Source: Vitrella brassicaformis CCMP3155 (taxonomy: Eukaryota > Protista > Chromerida). Taken from it: DNA of 64,000 nt. Positions 15,001 to 27,604 of this stretch are shown here, piece by piece. The translations under genes and the position numbers were made by a program. The notes below the pieces were generated by a model. The model was given only the letters and a program-made list of their open reading frames with translations. It made no database searches and was not told the DNA's origin. The stretch covers positions 1-64,000 of the forward strand of contig CDMY01000310.1 in the NCBI GenBank assembly GCA_001179505.1, read 5' to 3'. How positions within the stretch are numbered: position 1 is the stretch's first letter; every line of letters starts with the position of its first letter.

Positions 15001-18000
15001 CACCCTCGACGGGTCCACTTCAGCCGCCAGCTGCAGCCTCCCCGTGTGTGGTGGTGATGGCACTTCGATACCGACTGCTTCTGCGTCAGCGTCGTCCCGA
15101 CCGGCCGCCCTGACCAACATGCGGAGCAGCGACTGCACCAGGGACGTATCCACAGCACCATCCCGAGCTCTCAATGCGGCGAAGGCCAGCCACAGGTTAG
15201 CTGTGGTGAGCTGCCGCTGCTGCTTGGTCTCGATGTGCGTCTGGATGGGCTGCAGACACGTGTCGTCGCTGCCGCACTCGGCTTTCTTGGCCACCATAAA
15301 CACCGTCACATCTGCCGGCGCGCTCGCATGTAGCTCCTTGGCCGTCAAGGCCTTGGTCCACACAGCAGCATATCCCCTTCTCTCGTGGGGGTTGTTCTCT
15401 GGCCCGTCTGCAAGCTTGGCGTCCACCACACACACCATGCGCGACGACAACGGAGAGATGGTCGGCGGTTTTGTCCTCAGGACGAGCCACCCGCTGCCGC
15501 CGACAGACGACGCTGCATCGACCGACCCAATGAGCTCCGCGGTGTGTCCGGTGGCCCGTGGCGCCCCCCCGTGCGATCTGCTGTGTCGGTACATGCCCCA
15601 GAGCTTGACGCCTCCCCGTGAGTCCAGCAGGTGCATCTGCTTCTCGATGACACCCTTGGGCGACTGGTGCTGCTGCTGCTTGTCGTCCTTCTTGGCCGCT
15701 GCGGAAGGTGTGTCGACTTCATAAGTGACGGCCAGCATAGTGAGGCCGAAGTGCAGCTGGACGCCGCGAGGGGGGCTGTCTTGGTGTTGCCGGATGGCGG
15801 TGGTGGCCCTGGTTTCTCGTTCCAGCCGGTCGACAATGCACGAGATGGTCTCATTGCGGCAGCTGGTGAGTGTGGCAGAGTCGCCCTTGAGAGCACGCAG
15901 CAGCTCCTGCAGCACGCGGATGACCATGGAGCCCCTTTGGATGGCCGCCAGTTCACCCCTGCCCCTCTCGTTGGCTGGGGTGATGGACCTGAACGGGACG
16001 CACACGACACGCATCCAGAAACAAACGTACCACAGCGAAACAAACAGGGCAGATCAGGTTAGCACAGGGATCGCTCACTCACTCACCGCTGGACGGCCGT
16101 CGAGGAGAAGACCATGTGCACGCAGAGGGACACCGCCCGGCAGATGCTCATGTAGACGTCGGACCGCAGCTTCTTGGCGAGCAGCTGGTACGTCATCGAA
16201 GAGCTACCCGGATCGCCGAGCAGTCCTTTCAGCCGCGACAAAGCACCGGGAAGGCACCTCGCCCCCCTCTCGAACCTCACCGCAGCACCACCGCCCCCCG
16301 TGTCGCCAGCCGTTGCCTTGTCATCCAGGCACAGCAACTCCGCGGTGCTCCCCGCCAGCCTCTCCATCGAGTCGAGCAGGAGGTTCTTGATCTCGCCCCT
16401 GTCGACCGATCCACCCGCGTCGGTGACGACGGAGATGAGTGCAGCAGCGGCGCGCCATGCGACGCCGGCCTTGAGCCAGTGAAGGTGCATCTCCTGGAGA
16501 GTCGCGTGCAGGTCATCGAGCGAGAAGGTGGAAAAGGCGAAGTCTGAGAGGCTGCCGAGGGTGCGGCGCGTCGTGGTGCTGAGTGCTGACAGCGAATCAG
16601 TGGAGATGCGGATGCGCTCGAGGCGGTCCTCCATTGCTTGCTGCAGCTCCTCCTTCTCTCGAGTCCTCAGCATCATGGCCATCTTCTCATGGCGGGCTCT
16701 CGGTGTGCCGTCAGGCTGTCTCACGCTGGGCGACCGTCCCACATCGCCGGCCGGTATGGCTCCACTGGAGTTGGCGCGCTTCGGCCCCTCCTCCACACTC
16801 TTGCTGCGGCCACGGTCACGCCTACACACAAAGGAAGAAACGGAAAGCCGTGTAAAGTCACTCACCTCTTGCCAATGAATTATATTTCTCTCTGTGTGAG
16901 TAGGTAGGTACTTGTGTGGTGGCGTCATGTCGTGTGGATGCCCTCCGCCTCCAGGTGCCTTCTTGCGTGCAATCGGGAGTGACGGCCGCGGCGGCTCTGC
17001 TGCCGGCTGGCAGGGCACGACAACGCCGATGAGAAACCGGCACTTGGCCACCAGCTCGGCTGCCACCGCTCCCTTGTCCCTTCGCGTGCTCTGCGCCTGC
17101 TTCCAGCACCACTCACGAACGTCCTTGCGCGCCCGCTGCCACACAGACACGACCGCCGGCGGCACCTTGGTCGCGTCGTCGAGCGACATGGCCTGCTTGA
17201 GGCAGGCCACGTCCTGCACCAGCATGATGCCCGCCACGCACCTCTCGGCCTCCTCGCAGTGGTCGAAGGTGCCGGGCAGGACGGCTTGCGAGTCGGGCTG
17301 CGAGAGCAGATGGGCGAGGAGCTTGGCAGCGGGGGATGAGGGTGTGTTGTCGATGAGATCCATGAGGAAGGGGTGCTCTGGGTAGGGGGGGGTCTGCTGC
17401 TGCTGCTGGTGGTGGTGCTGCCGGTGCTGGTGCTGGTCTGCGGGTGATGTGTCGTCTGGTCGTGGTGTGAGGGGGGCTGCCGACTCGAGGATGGGCCAGA
17501 GCTCGTGGCTCACAGGGTCTGGAGTGCTCATGTAGAGTGGACTGTGTCTGGGCGGCGAGGGTGAGGGTACGCTCTGGTCGCCTCCTCTGTGTGGTGCCAG
17601 CTCGTGCACCTCCCGCATGACCTGTGACGCCAGAGCACAGGCCGACTTGAGCTCGTGCTGGTTCTGGTCGAGGACGGCCGACATGCCCAGCCGGTACTCT
17701 GTCCGCCTCCCCATCGCCAGCAGCGTCCTGACGATCATGTCGCGAGTGGAGGAGGGGAGAGTGGCGGGTCGGATGGTCGACTCGACGGATGAGAGGGCGA
17801 TCTCCATGTAAGAGAGGGGCAGCTGGCAGCGGGGCGACACCAGGACGGTCGTGGCGTCCTTAACGTAGGTGACGGTCATCTTGATGCCCCAGTCCTCGGC
17901 GGAAGAGAAGTCGCATCCGTATGAGGCGTCGATGGAGACGACGTGTGGGAACAGGAGTCGGTGCGGGAATGACCTGCCGTAGTAGCGCTTGGTGCACATC

Positions 18001-21000
18001 ATGCGGCCCTTGTACCGACGGTGGAAGCGGAACGACAGCTCTATCTCCGCTGACGTGTCGTCCGTGTTGGACCGACGGTCGAACTCGATCGTCACTCCCA
18101 CACCCGGCAGACCCGATGGCGCCGTCAGGATGCGCTCATTCCACGGTGCCGACGCCCGGATGGGATGCGGCGTCTCGACAGTCACCACCACACGCTGCTT
18201 CCGAAAGCCCTGCTGGAACTTCTCGACGTAACACACCTCATCCCCGCTGTTGTTCTTGTCTTGGCACGCCCTCATGGCCAGCCGCACTGTCGTCGGCAGC
18301 GTCGACAGCAGCAGCCGATCAACCACAGGAGACGCCTGACGACTCTTGAGCAGCAAATACGCCTCGGTCATGAAAGTCAGACAGACGTCGTCGAGCGGCA
18401 CCGCCGTCGCCTCGGCTGCCCCAAGGCACCTGCCGATGGTCGACAGGTAGTCCGCCAAGCTCTCACCGCTCGCCGCCACCCCCTTGGCCAGATTCCGGCC
18501 CGCCACGGCAATCACTCGGCGGACGATGCGGCAGGCCAGTGTGTGGATGCGGCGGCCTGGGGTAGTGGAGCAGAGGTGCACCAGCTCCTCACAGAGCACC
18601 CGAACGTCGTCTCGCCCAGTGAAGAAGAGGAAGCCGACCAGGAACGAGACGTCCGCCAGCCGCTCCAGTATCTGCAGACCTCTCGACACCACGCCCCTCG
18701 TCGCGTAAGAGGGTGTTTCCTTCTGCGACACGGCCGACCGGAGCAGGCGGACCTGGCTGATGAGCTCCATGAGCTGCCCGTTGCTTGTGTCAGGGCACGA
18801 CAGCATCCACGCCATCATGGCGTCGCGGTGGGCCTCCGTCAGCACCAGATCATACCCCTCCTGCACCGTCCCCTGCTGCTGCTGCTGCTGCTGGGCGGAG
18901 AGGACGGCGGCGCACTTGTCGACCGCCGACCGAACGGCCGTGTCTGCCTGCCACTCGTAGCTGGCCTTCTTGGTCGCCGCACGGACACACGCCGTCCACA
19001 GCCGCAGCACACACAGCAGTGCCACATCGGCCTCCTTGCTCTCACCGCTGCCGTCTTGTGCTCGCTCCGCCACTGTGAGCAGCAGCTGGGACAGCTGAGG
19101 CAGGACGGCGCTCGATGACCTGAGGGGCCACGTGTCGACGGCGGAAGGGATGGAGCGGCTCGTGATGCGGTGCAGACACGACAGGATCTGAGAGACCACA
19201 CACATTGTCATGTCAGACGACGACAGGAAAGGACGATTCTATCGACAAGACTCACTTACCGTGAGGGCAGCTGCCCGTCCGCTGAAGTACCTGGATCGCT
19301 CGGGGGCAGACCAGCTGGGCATGAGCATCCCGGCCGCCTCGTCCCCGAGCAGTTGCAGCAGTGCCGCAATCTCGCTATCAGCCAGCGCCTGTACACACAC
19401 ACACATGCACACCACAGCACACGCAGAGAGAGAGGGCGATAGATAGATAGAGCTAGTGAATCTATCGCTGTGTTGGTGAGCTCAGCTGACCGGTACGGCT
19501 GGAAGTGTGGCGGACTGAGTCTCTTTCTCAATCACCACTGCGAAACGATAGCGGCTGTGGACGCACCGGGGCAAAGAAAAGGACACCACCTGAGAGGGGG
19601 AAACAGGTGACAGACACAGCACAGCAGGTCCGGGGGGATGAAAACACATCTATCTGGTTTGTTGTGCTCGCTGTGCTGTTTGCCTGACTGACCTCTTCCC
19701 CGTCGAGAAAGACCACACACGTCTTGGCTGCAACGTTGAGCAAAAGCGTGAAGACCCACTGGTGACAAAACGACGACCCCCCACCATGCCCAGCAGCTCC
19801 CTCGATGGTGCACGGCAGCTCGCCACCAGGCAGGTGCCCCAGGTCCCCCACCTGCTGCTCTCTGCTGGCCGCCTGCTGCGCCTGTGCAGCTGCCGCGGCC
19901 TCCTCTTGCGGATGCACAAACACACTCAGGTCATCACTGCCACTGCTGCGGCCAGCCTTCGCCCATCCCTCCCACTTGCGGCCGCGGCGGTCGACGGCAA
20001 AACGGTTGAGAGAGTTGAACAGCGTCGCTGGAGCGTCCTTCGTGGTGGTGGTCTCCTTCTCGTCCTCCTGCTGCTGTTGTGAGACCTCGTGTATCAGACC
20101 AATCTCGAAGTTGGCCAGGTCTGGCTGAAGCAGGAAGTCCTGCTTGCTGGCCGTCTGCTGCATGATCACCTGGAAGACGTGTACGCCGCTGGCGAAGGCC
20201 CTGTCCGTCGTGACAAGCGACGGCCCGCTGATGGCCGCCGACGGCTCTGTGGCCTCTTTCTTGTCCGCGGTAGGGGCCGGCTCGGGAGGAGTGATGTTCA
20301 TGTTGGCGATGTCCCGCTCCCTGGCCGCCAAAATGGTCCTCTTCTCGGCCCGCAGCTCCCCTATGCTCTCCATCACACGAGGGCCGTCGGACGGCGCATC
20401 CCCTGCCGCCGACAGCATGATGGCCTGCACGTCTTCTGAGAGGCCGGGGGCGTGGAGCCACTGGGCGTCGGGCAGCTCGTAGAAGCACTTGCGCTGACCG
20501 ACGGGGACGTCGGTGGAGAGGAAGGTGTCGAGGTCGATCGATGACGAGGGGTGCGATGGGTCTCCAGCCTTTTGTGATGCCGGCGGGGTGAGCCGGGCGG
20601 TGCGGCCGTCTCGTGAGAAGGCCGGCTGCCACCGGTGGTCGACAAACATCGCCAGGAGCTCCTGCGCGAACCGACAGACACACACACATCCGTGTGTTGT
20701 GTCCATGTTATAGGCCGTCTGTTCTCAGTTACCACTTCCTTCATGGCATCGTATTCCGTGTCCTGTGCTGGAATACCCTCAGCGTTTTCGCTCTCTTGGC
20801 TTTCCCCCTCACCCAGGCACAGAGATGCAACGTGCAGCAACATCCTCACCTGCACACACAGACACAGGCACACACAGGTGCAGCCACAGACGCAGACAGA
20901 CACCTGCCTGGCCTGGCATGATCTTCCTTCCCTGGTGCGTGTGCGTACCGAGGCCACGCGCAGCGCAAAGCAGATGGCCGCCTGCACCCCATAGGCAAAC

Positions 21001-21797
21001 AGCCGCCGCCTCTCCACCTCACACTCGCCCTCACCCTCACCATCTCCGGCCGTCCCCTTCTGACAGACGCTCGCCAGGCAGCTCTCGAGCACCCTCTCCA
21101 CCACACCGACGGCCGCATCGCTGTTCGGCACCTCCAGCGGCGCATATCGGCTGAAGGCGTCCAATGCACCCGCAAATACGGAGTAGGCGGCCTGCCGGCT
21201 CAGTGGCGACGACAGCCGATCCCTCAGCCACGACGACAGGACAGCTGACGCCGCCGGCGATGATGGACCACCGGCAGGTGCGGGCACAAGCACCCTCTGC
21301 ACGCTCTGCAGCAGGTCTGTCACCACTCGCTGCTCATCGGTGGCCCCCGCCGCAGACGGTTTGGCGGCTGTTGCCCTCGTGATGGAAGATCCCCACATGC
21401 GCTGCCTCTTCCTGGCGCCGCCATCAGGTCGCCGCAGCATGCGGCTGCTGAGGGTCTTGGATGCCTCGCGGAAGAGCCGCTCGCCCACGGCCTCCTGCGT
21501 CCTCAGTATGGTCGGGAGCGCCCCGTACCACACAGGCAAGGCCGGCTGACCACCTGACGCATCGCCAGCTGCAGGGGGGTTGGTCGAGATGAATGAGTGC
21601 GGCTTGCCGGGCTTGCTCTTGTCGACTCTTGGTTCGGCCGGCAGGAGGGCTGTCAGGTGCTGGTCCTCCTGGGTGACGAGGGCACTCTCTTGATCGAGGC
21701 AGCTGTCGAGGGCGGCCGCATCGCTGGCGGGGGATGAATGGATAAGGCGAGAAACGTACTTGTCGTAGAGAAGGGTGAGCGGCTTGTTGGGCTCCAT
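1102..21797 (-). CDS. Giant multi-exon HECT-type E3 ubiquitin ligase (HERC/HECTD4-like, several thousand aa)
   Basis: Long exon ORFs (20373-22127, 16083-19211, 13759-16014, 12033-13754, 9726-11318, 7866-9455, 6583-7830, 4014-5963, 1831-2823) are joined by GT-AG introns at the junctions I checked. HECT hallmarks: FKVQLRGEMASDLGGPYSE, LGKLMGIAML, LVELFPGGA, LEKLVCGEPQIDIDELQ, WFWSILRSFSTLERQAFLRFVSGRSRLP, LPTSDTCFFTLKLPKYSS...LVFAITHCTAIDRD. Start inferred at MEPNKPL (21797). Confidence 0.9.
11775..12120 (-). other. ZZ-like zinc finger within the HECT ligase, split over three exons
   Basis: Spliced peptide CRDGHILQ...GWRCD...C...RYRCEACDFDLCDKC matches the ZZ-type pattern ending in CxxCDFDLCxxC. 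Confidence 0.7.
17870..18200 (-). other. CUB-like beta domain within the HECT ligase
   Basis: ETPHP...IEFDRRSNTD...DWGIKMTVT resembles the ESxHPY...FD..C.TE...WG.k.tV module of MYCBP2/ZZEF1-type ligases. Recognised by eye only. Confidence 0.5.
19760..20250 (-). other. SPRY-like domain within the HECT ligase
   Basis: RAFASGVHVFQVIM...FEIGL...VFTLLLNVAAKTCVVFLDGEE resembles the SPRY pattern (G.hyfev...vGv...gv.ld.....l.f..nG). Confidence 0.55.
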
Positions 21798-21975
21798 CTC
21801 ATCTGTGACGCTCACAGATGGCAAGATGTCATGCCGTCGGCTGCATGATTCAAGGAAGGGCCAAACCAAGCCACAACTGACGAGATTTCTCGCTCCTTCC
21901 TGCTGGTCCTCACAACCAAGTACACACCTCGAGAAACAGACGTCCTGTTTGTCGAAAAGCGCTCGGATCGCCGCG

Positions 21976-21984
21976 TGCGAGCTT
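21976..21984 (+). promoter_or_regulatory. Candidate promoter element TGCGAGCTT (HECT/EF-P divergent promoter)
   Basis: Exact 9-mer between the ATGs at 21797 (-) and 22022 (+); it recurs in other promoters. Confidence 0.55.
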
Positions 21985-22021
21985 AGAGGGAAGGAAAAAC
22001 AGCACCTTGAGGTCGTTCTTG

Positions 22022-22427
22022 ATGTGGGGCTGCCGGGCTCTCCCTCGCCGTCTTGGCGTGACATCCGCTTGCGCGTCCTCAGCGACCACCGCTCCGACCT
22101 CAGCCCCCGGGGCGTTGTCGAGGGCACTGCCGCAGATGCCTTACGCTGTGCGGTTCCCCTTTGACAAGATCGTGGCCAACACCATGCGGCCAGGCGACAT
22201 CTTCAAACTGGACGGTGGGGTGGGTGACAGACAGAGAGGACGGTCTGCCCAGATGAGCATTCCATTCATCACGCGTGTTGTCTTGTGCGTGCCTCTGTGT
22301 GTGTGTGTGTGCAGACAAGTATTACGAGATCCGCAGCTATGAGCACCGGAACAAGGGCAGAGGGACGGCGTCGGCAAAGGCGCGCAGACACTCACACCGA
22401 CGGACAAACAGATGACCCACCAAGATG

Positions 22428-22462
<35 letters not shown>

Positions 22463-23012
22463 TGTGTGTGCAGTTCCAGGTGATCGAGCTGATGACACAG
22501 AAGCAGATCCCAGACATGAGCTTTGTCGTCGACAAGAAACTCGACAGTGAGCAGCGAGCGGTGCACACACGAGCCAGCCACCTTTAGTGCCATCTGCCAT
22601 CTGCCACGTGTGTCTGTGTGGTGTGTGTGTGTGTGGGGGGGGTGTCCTCCCTCCCTCCCCCCTGTGTGTGCTGCCTGCCCTGCTTGCGTCAGGGCCCGTT
22701 ATAGAGAAGTTGAATTGCACGGTCATGTACGTGGACGCCGACGGCAAACACCTGGTCGTGGCTGACGAAAACTATGATGAGGTCCACATACCAATTCAGC
22801 TGTGCGCCGGGGCAGAGAAGTACTGCGAAGGTCAGTGAGTGAGTGGCAGACAACTGGCTCTATCTCCTGGTGTGGTTCTCCACTTGTGTGTGTGTGTGTG
22901 TTGGTTGTATGCAGCGGGTACGCCAGTAGGTGTGCTCAAGTGTGAGGATGATTTTGTGAAGCTGCAGTTCCCTTCACAAGTGCTCTCGGCCGTCAGGAAA
23001 GGCGGCAAGTGA
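22022..23012 (+). CDS. efp: Elongation factor P homolog (domains I+II only) with a putative mitochondrial presequence
   Basis: Five exons give MWGCRALPRRLG...IVANTMRPGDIFKLDDKYYEIRSYEHRNKGRGTASAKFQVIELMTQKQI...DKKLDRPVIEKLNCTVMYVDADGKHLVVADENYDEVHIPIQLCAGAEKYCEAGTPVGVLKCEDDFVKLQFPSQ...K*. This is collinear with bacterial EF-P KOW and OB domains. The N-terminus is Arg/Ser/Ala-rich and lacks acidic residues. Confidence 0.8.
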
Positions 23013-23267
23013 GTCACCCGCCCACTCACCACTCACTCAGGCAGGATCTGTCTCTGCTGATTCGTTCGATCAGCCGACGTGAGTGAGACTGTGAGAGTGC
23101 CAATGGCATATATATATGATGCATGTCCTCGTGTCCACTCCACATGAATGACCTATCCTATACCGCCCACACTAGCTAGCAAATCCATCCATCCATTCAT
23201 CGCCATCGATCAGTCCATCCACTGTGAGTGACCGCCTGCCCTCCATGCAATGCATCGCACGCACCCC

Positions 23268-23567
23268 NNNNNNNNNNNNNNNNNNNNNNNNNNNNNNNNN
23301 NNNNNNNNNNNNNNNNNNNNNNNNNNNNNNNNNNNNNNNNNNNNNNNNNNNNNNNNNNNNNNNNNNNNNNNNNNNNNNNNNNNNNNNNNNNNNNNNNNNN
23401 NNNNNNNNNNNNNNNNNNNNNNNNNNNNNNNNNNNNNNNNNNNNNNNNNNNNNNNNNNNNNNNNNNNNNNNNNNNNNNNNNNNNNNNNNNNNNNNNNNNN
23501 NNNNNNNNNNNNNNNNNNNNNNNNNNNNNNNNNNNNNNNNNNNNNNNNNNNNNNNNNNNNNNNNNNN
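23268..23567. other. Assembly gap (300 N) flanked by C tracts
   Basis: Run of N. Confidence 1.
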
Positions 23568-24211
23568 CCCCCCCCCCCGACGAACACAAACTCACAGAAA
23601 CTCACAGGGGGGACGCATGCCGCCGTCATCATATCAGTTCATCCCCCCTGTCTGCCCCACGTCCCCACAGGGTTTGCACTGGAACCACCGCCACCCATAC
23701 CACCACCAGCCCCCTCCGGCTTGAGCACCTCGTCGTGTGGCGCTGGGCTGAAGGTGGTCGTGGCGATGTACGAGATGTTCAAATGGGGGTCGTACAAGAC
23801 GGGCGACTGGATGAAGGCGAAAGGCTCCCCCGTCACCAGTGGCGGCTTGGTGCCGCCCCCTCCACCTGGCGTCGCCCCGAGCCCCCCAACGGCACTCCCA
23901 GGCAGCCCAGCGCCCGACGGCGAGCTCCCTCCCGCCGCACCGGCCCGAGTGCCGAAGATGCGCCCCTGGAGCAGTGTGATGTACTTGACGAGGTCGTTGT
24001 TCCTCATTTCGAGTTCGACGATGCGTCTGTCCTTCATTTCGCACCGCTCGCAGTAGATGTCAAAGCACTCGAAGCAGCCGGGCTTGCCGCACACCGTCTC
24101 GCGCTTCGGAATGAACTTATAGCCCGGCGGGGGCACCATGAGCATCGAGTCGTCGTGATTGAGCGGGTCGGCATTCTGCCCTCTGTCGGCTCTTCGCGGG
24201 GCGCGCGCCAT
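23568..24211 (-). CDS. Hypothetical protein with a Cys cluster and short coiled coil; 3' end runs into an assembly gap
   Basis: ORF 23639-24211 has coding-like codon use and contains CGKPGCFECFDIYCERC followed by heptad-like MKDRRIVELEMRNNDLVKYITLLQ. A promoter-motif variant lies at 24355. Confidence 0.6.
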
Positions 24212-24541
24212 CCTGACTTGTGGTCAGGGTCGGTGGGGCCGATTGAAAGACAGTGGAAGGCGGTGCCGAGCGGCTGTAATCGGCTGCAGGCGCTGCGCCC
24301 TGGCTCACCAGCCTGCCAGGAAAGAAAGAACCGATTGGTCGATCGACTCCCTCGTGCGAGCTGAAATCTTTGGTTGCTCGACGCTTTGCGATTGCGCTTG
24401 AGTTGCAAATTCACGGTGTCCCCCACCGGTCTCTGTCCCATGCATACGATTGTCATGCACGGCTGCGCGCACGTGTGTGTGATGCGATCGATGTCATCTT
24501 GGCCGCCGCTGATGCCTGCCCCGCCAGCTGAGCTGGATGGA

Positions 24542-27443
24542 CTATGCTGGTGTGGTGATGGCCATGGTGTGGTCGCCGCCGCATGTCACAGAGGCGATGC
24601 TCAGCTTGAGCTGCTGGAACTGCTCCACCACTACAGGCAACGTCCTGCATTGCATGACATGACGCGTATCGTCACAACTTGGATGTGTGTTTGTGTTTGT
24701 GTGTGTGTGGGGGGGGGGGGNNNNNNNNNNNNNNNNNNNNNNNNNNNNNNNNNNNNNNNNNNNNNNNNNNNNNNNNNNNNNNNNNNNNNNNNNNNNNNNN
24801 NNNNNNNNNNNNNNNNNNNNNNNNNNNNNNNNNNNNNNNNNNNNNNNNNNNNNNNNNNNNNNNNNNNNNNNNNNNNNNNNNNNNNNNNNNNNNNNNNNNN
24901 NNNNNNNNNNNNNNNNNNNNNNNNNNNNNNNNNNNNNNNNNNNNNNNNNNNNNNNNNNNNNNNNNNNNNNNNNNNNNNNNNNNNNNNNNNNNNNNNNNNN
25001 NNNNNNNNNNNNNNNNNNNNGGGGGGGGGGGGGCCACCGCACCTGTACATGGCGATGGACTCGATGTCTGATCCCCTGCCCAGCTGGCCGTCCCTCCCAC
25101 GGCCGAACATGTAAAGCGAACCGTCAGCCGTCGTCACGGCCGTGTGCCCGCCGCCACACGATATGCTCACCGCTCTGACAGACATGTTTGTCATGGACAC
25201 CAAGAGACAGAAGGAAGGGGACGGTGGGAGGGCGCGGGTATGTGTGTGGGTGTGTGCTGTGCGAGTCTTGCCTTTGTCCTTTGAGAGCCTCCACTTGTGC
25301 TGGGATGTGGATGTCGCTCTTCTCGCCGTGACCCGTCTCGCCGTCGCGACTGCACACACCATACCGTCACAGCCACACAAACAGACAGATAAGATGTCAT
25401 ATGAGGATCCATATGAAATTGCTCGCTTGGGGGTTGGTGTCTGTCTCTCTTTCCCCCACCCACCCGTAGCCCCATACGTAGACCTCTCCCTCCTCGGTGA
25501 TGGCGCCGATGTGGTAGGCGCCACACGACACCGCACTCACACGCTTGCCTTGCAACGCACCTCGCACCAACTGCACCCAGCCACACACGCATCGGTCGCA
25601 TCATGATGAACCAGAGAGAGGCAGCAGGACAGACAGGACACACCAGTGCAGTGGGCACGCACCTTGGGTGTGAGGCCTCTTCTTGACTCCTGCCCATGAC
25701 CCAACTGCCCATAGTCATCAGAGCCCCTGCACACACACATACACAGTTCCCCGCCCACCCAGGCATCGCACCGCATCAATCTCTCGCAAGCCATTTGCGT
25801 GTGTCTGATTGCATTGCCCACCCACCCACCATGTGAAGAGCCTCCCATCCGTGGTGACAGCCGCCGAGAAGAGCTGCCCAGCGGCCACCTGCTTGACCCT
25901 GGCAGGTGGGGACGGCTGCGGGGGCGGCGGGAACGGCGGCGGCAGGCTGTTCAAGTAGTCCATCGGCTGGGGCTCCAGCACATCGTCGCGCGAGCCGAGG
26001 CCCAACTGCCCGTCCTGCCCCAGACCCCAGGTGAAGACACTGCCGTCCTCGGCCAGGGCAAGGGAATGACTGCGGCCACTCGCCAGCTGAAAATATCAAG
26101 GCAGGGGTGGGTGGATGGATGGATGACCATGTGGTGTGGTGTGGTGTGGTGTGGTGGGTGGAACCGACCGGGGTCTGGTGCTGTGCTGTGCTGTACCTGT
26201 GTGATTTGTTTGCCTGCGAGTGTGCCTTCCACGCGTCCGATCTCCAGTGTGTCGGACAGCTGACGGCGCGCCCACAGGTCCTTCGTGTCGACCTCTGACA
26301 CACAGGGAGGCAGGCATACAATACACACGCACACACACACACCACGTCAGCATCAGCATGTGGGCCGCAGTGCAGTCAGTGGTGTGCGTGAGAGTGTGGA
26401 TGCTATGCTTATGCTTACCTTTGTTGGGTCTGCCGCACTGACCCCTGTTCGACTTGCCCCATGAGTACACACACCCCTTGCTGTCCACCGCTATGGTGAA
26501 CCCGTCACCCACCGCAAACTGACAGACACCATACATACCATTCACACACACACACACTCTTGCAGTGCAGCCGTCTGTCTGCCTCTGTGTGTCTGCGTGT
26601 CAGCTTCGCGGAGGTGACTGACGTACATCGACGATTTGGATGCCTTGCTCCTCGAAGGTCTCGATGACCTTTGGCAGGCTCTGGAGCGACGCGTTGCTGT
26701 CGCTCGTGCGACCCCACATGAACAACTGCAGGCACACAGCCATGCACACACAGCACACAGCGAGAGAGATAACGATCACACCCGCGAGCCGATGGATGGC
26801 TGTGCAGGCGAGCCGATGGATGGCTGTGCAGGTAGACAGACAGACAGACACGCAACGCACCCGTCCCAGTGTTGTGACGCATGCTGACGTGACGCTGCCA
26901 GCCTTGCACTGGGACAGCTTCTCGACAGGCGACTTGAGCAGCAGCTGCTCAAACGCATCCACCTTACGCGGCGACGCCTGGCTGCTGTAGTCACCCTGGT
27001 TGAGTTGACCAAACACACACACATACACAGACACACACACACCCTCCACATGTCCCCCCACCCATCAAAGGCGACGCGTGTGGTCTGCCTCACTCCTCTC
27101 CTCTGTACAGGTTTGTGCAGTGCAGTGCAGTGTAGGCGTTCAACCTCAGCTCATCACTCACGTGTCCGAGTTGTCCCTGCATGCCGCTCCCCCAGGTCCA
27201 CAGATCACCTGACCCCTTGTCCCTCTTCCTCTCCTCGCACAGCACATTGACCCGCCCACAGATGGAGAACACCAGACCCAGGCCGCACGGGAACAGCCAA
27301 GGCTGCCCACCCCCATCGCTCTCTCCACCCTGTCTTCCGCCGCGATGGCTGGCGCTGGTCAGATCTGTCACATTGAACGCTATAGGGAGGTAGGACGATA
27401 ACCGCCTTGGCGAATAGCGCAGTAGAGCTGATGATTGCGGCAT
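24542..27443 (-). CDS. RCC1-repeat (beta-propeller) protein
   Basis: About seven RCC1 repeats across exons: LWTWGSGMQGQLG, VGDGFTIAVDSKGCVYSWGKSNRGQCG, GRSHSLALAEDGSVFTWGLGQDGQLG, VAAGQLFSAAVTTDGRLFTW, VSCGAYHIGAITEEGEVYVWG, ISCGGGHTAVTTADGSLYMFGRGRDGQLG, VTCGGDHTMAIT. Stop TAG at 24542; the start is uncertain. Confidence 0.85.
24721..25020. other. Assembly gap (300 N) flanked by G tracts, inside an RCC1 gene intron
   Basis: Run of N. Confidence 1.
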
Positions 27444-27604
27444 GGTTCTCTGGTGTCGATTGCGAGCTCAGATCGCAACTGGAGGGAGAAGGAGAATATC
27501 CCAGTGGAATGAGCGAAAGCACTGCATGAAGAGCACAGGAGTGGCGCCGTGATGCTGTTTAAAGGTTTTTCCGAGTGAGATCCGTCTCTATCTGTCCTAG
27601 TGAG

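Noticed and set aside
26783-26830. CRISPR-like or functional 24-bp tandem repeat
   Set aside because: Only two adjacent copies with no spacer, inside an intron; a simple slippage duplication.
1102-27443. RCC1 repeats fused to the HECT gene as one HERC protein
   Set aside because: The RCC1 gene has an in-frame stop at 24542 after its last repeat. Two other genes with their own promoter motifs lie between it and the HECT start.
24542-27443. UVR8 photoreceptor
   Set aside because: The RCC1 repeats lack the GWRHT Trp motifs diagnostic of UVR8.
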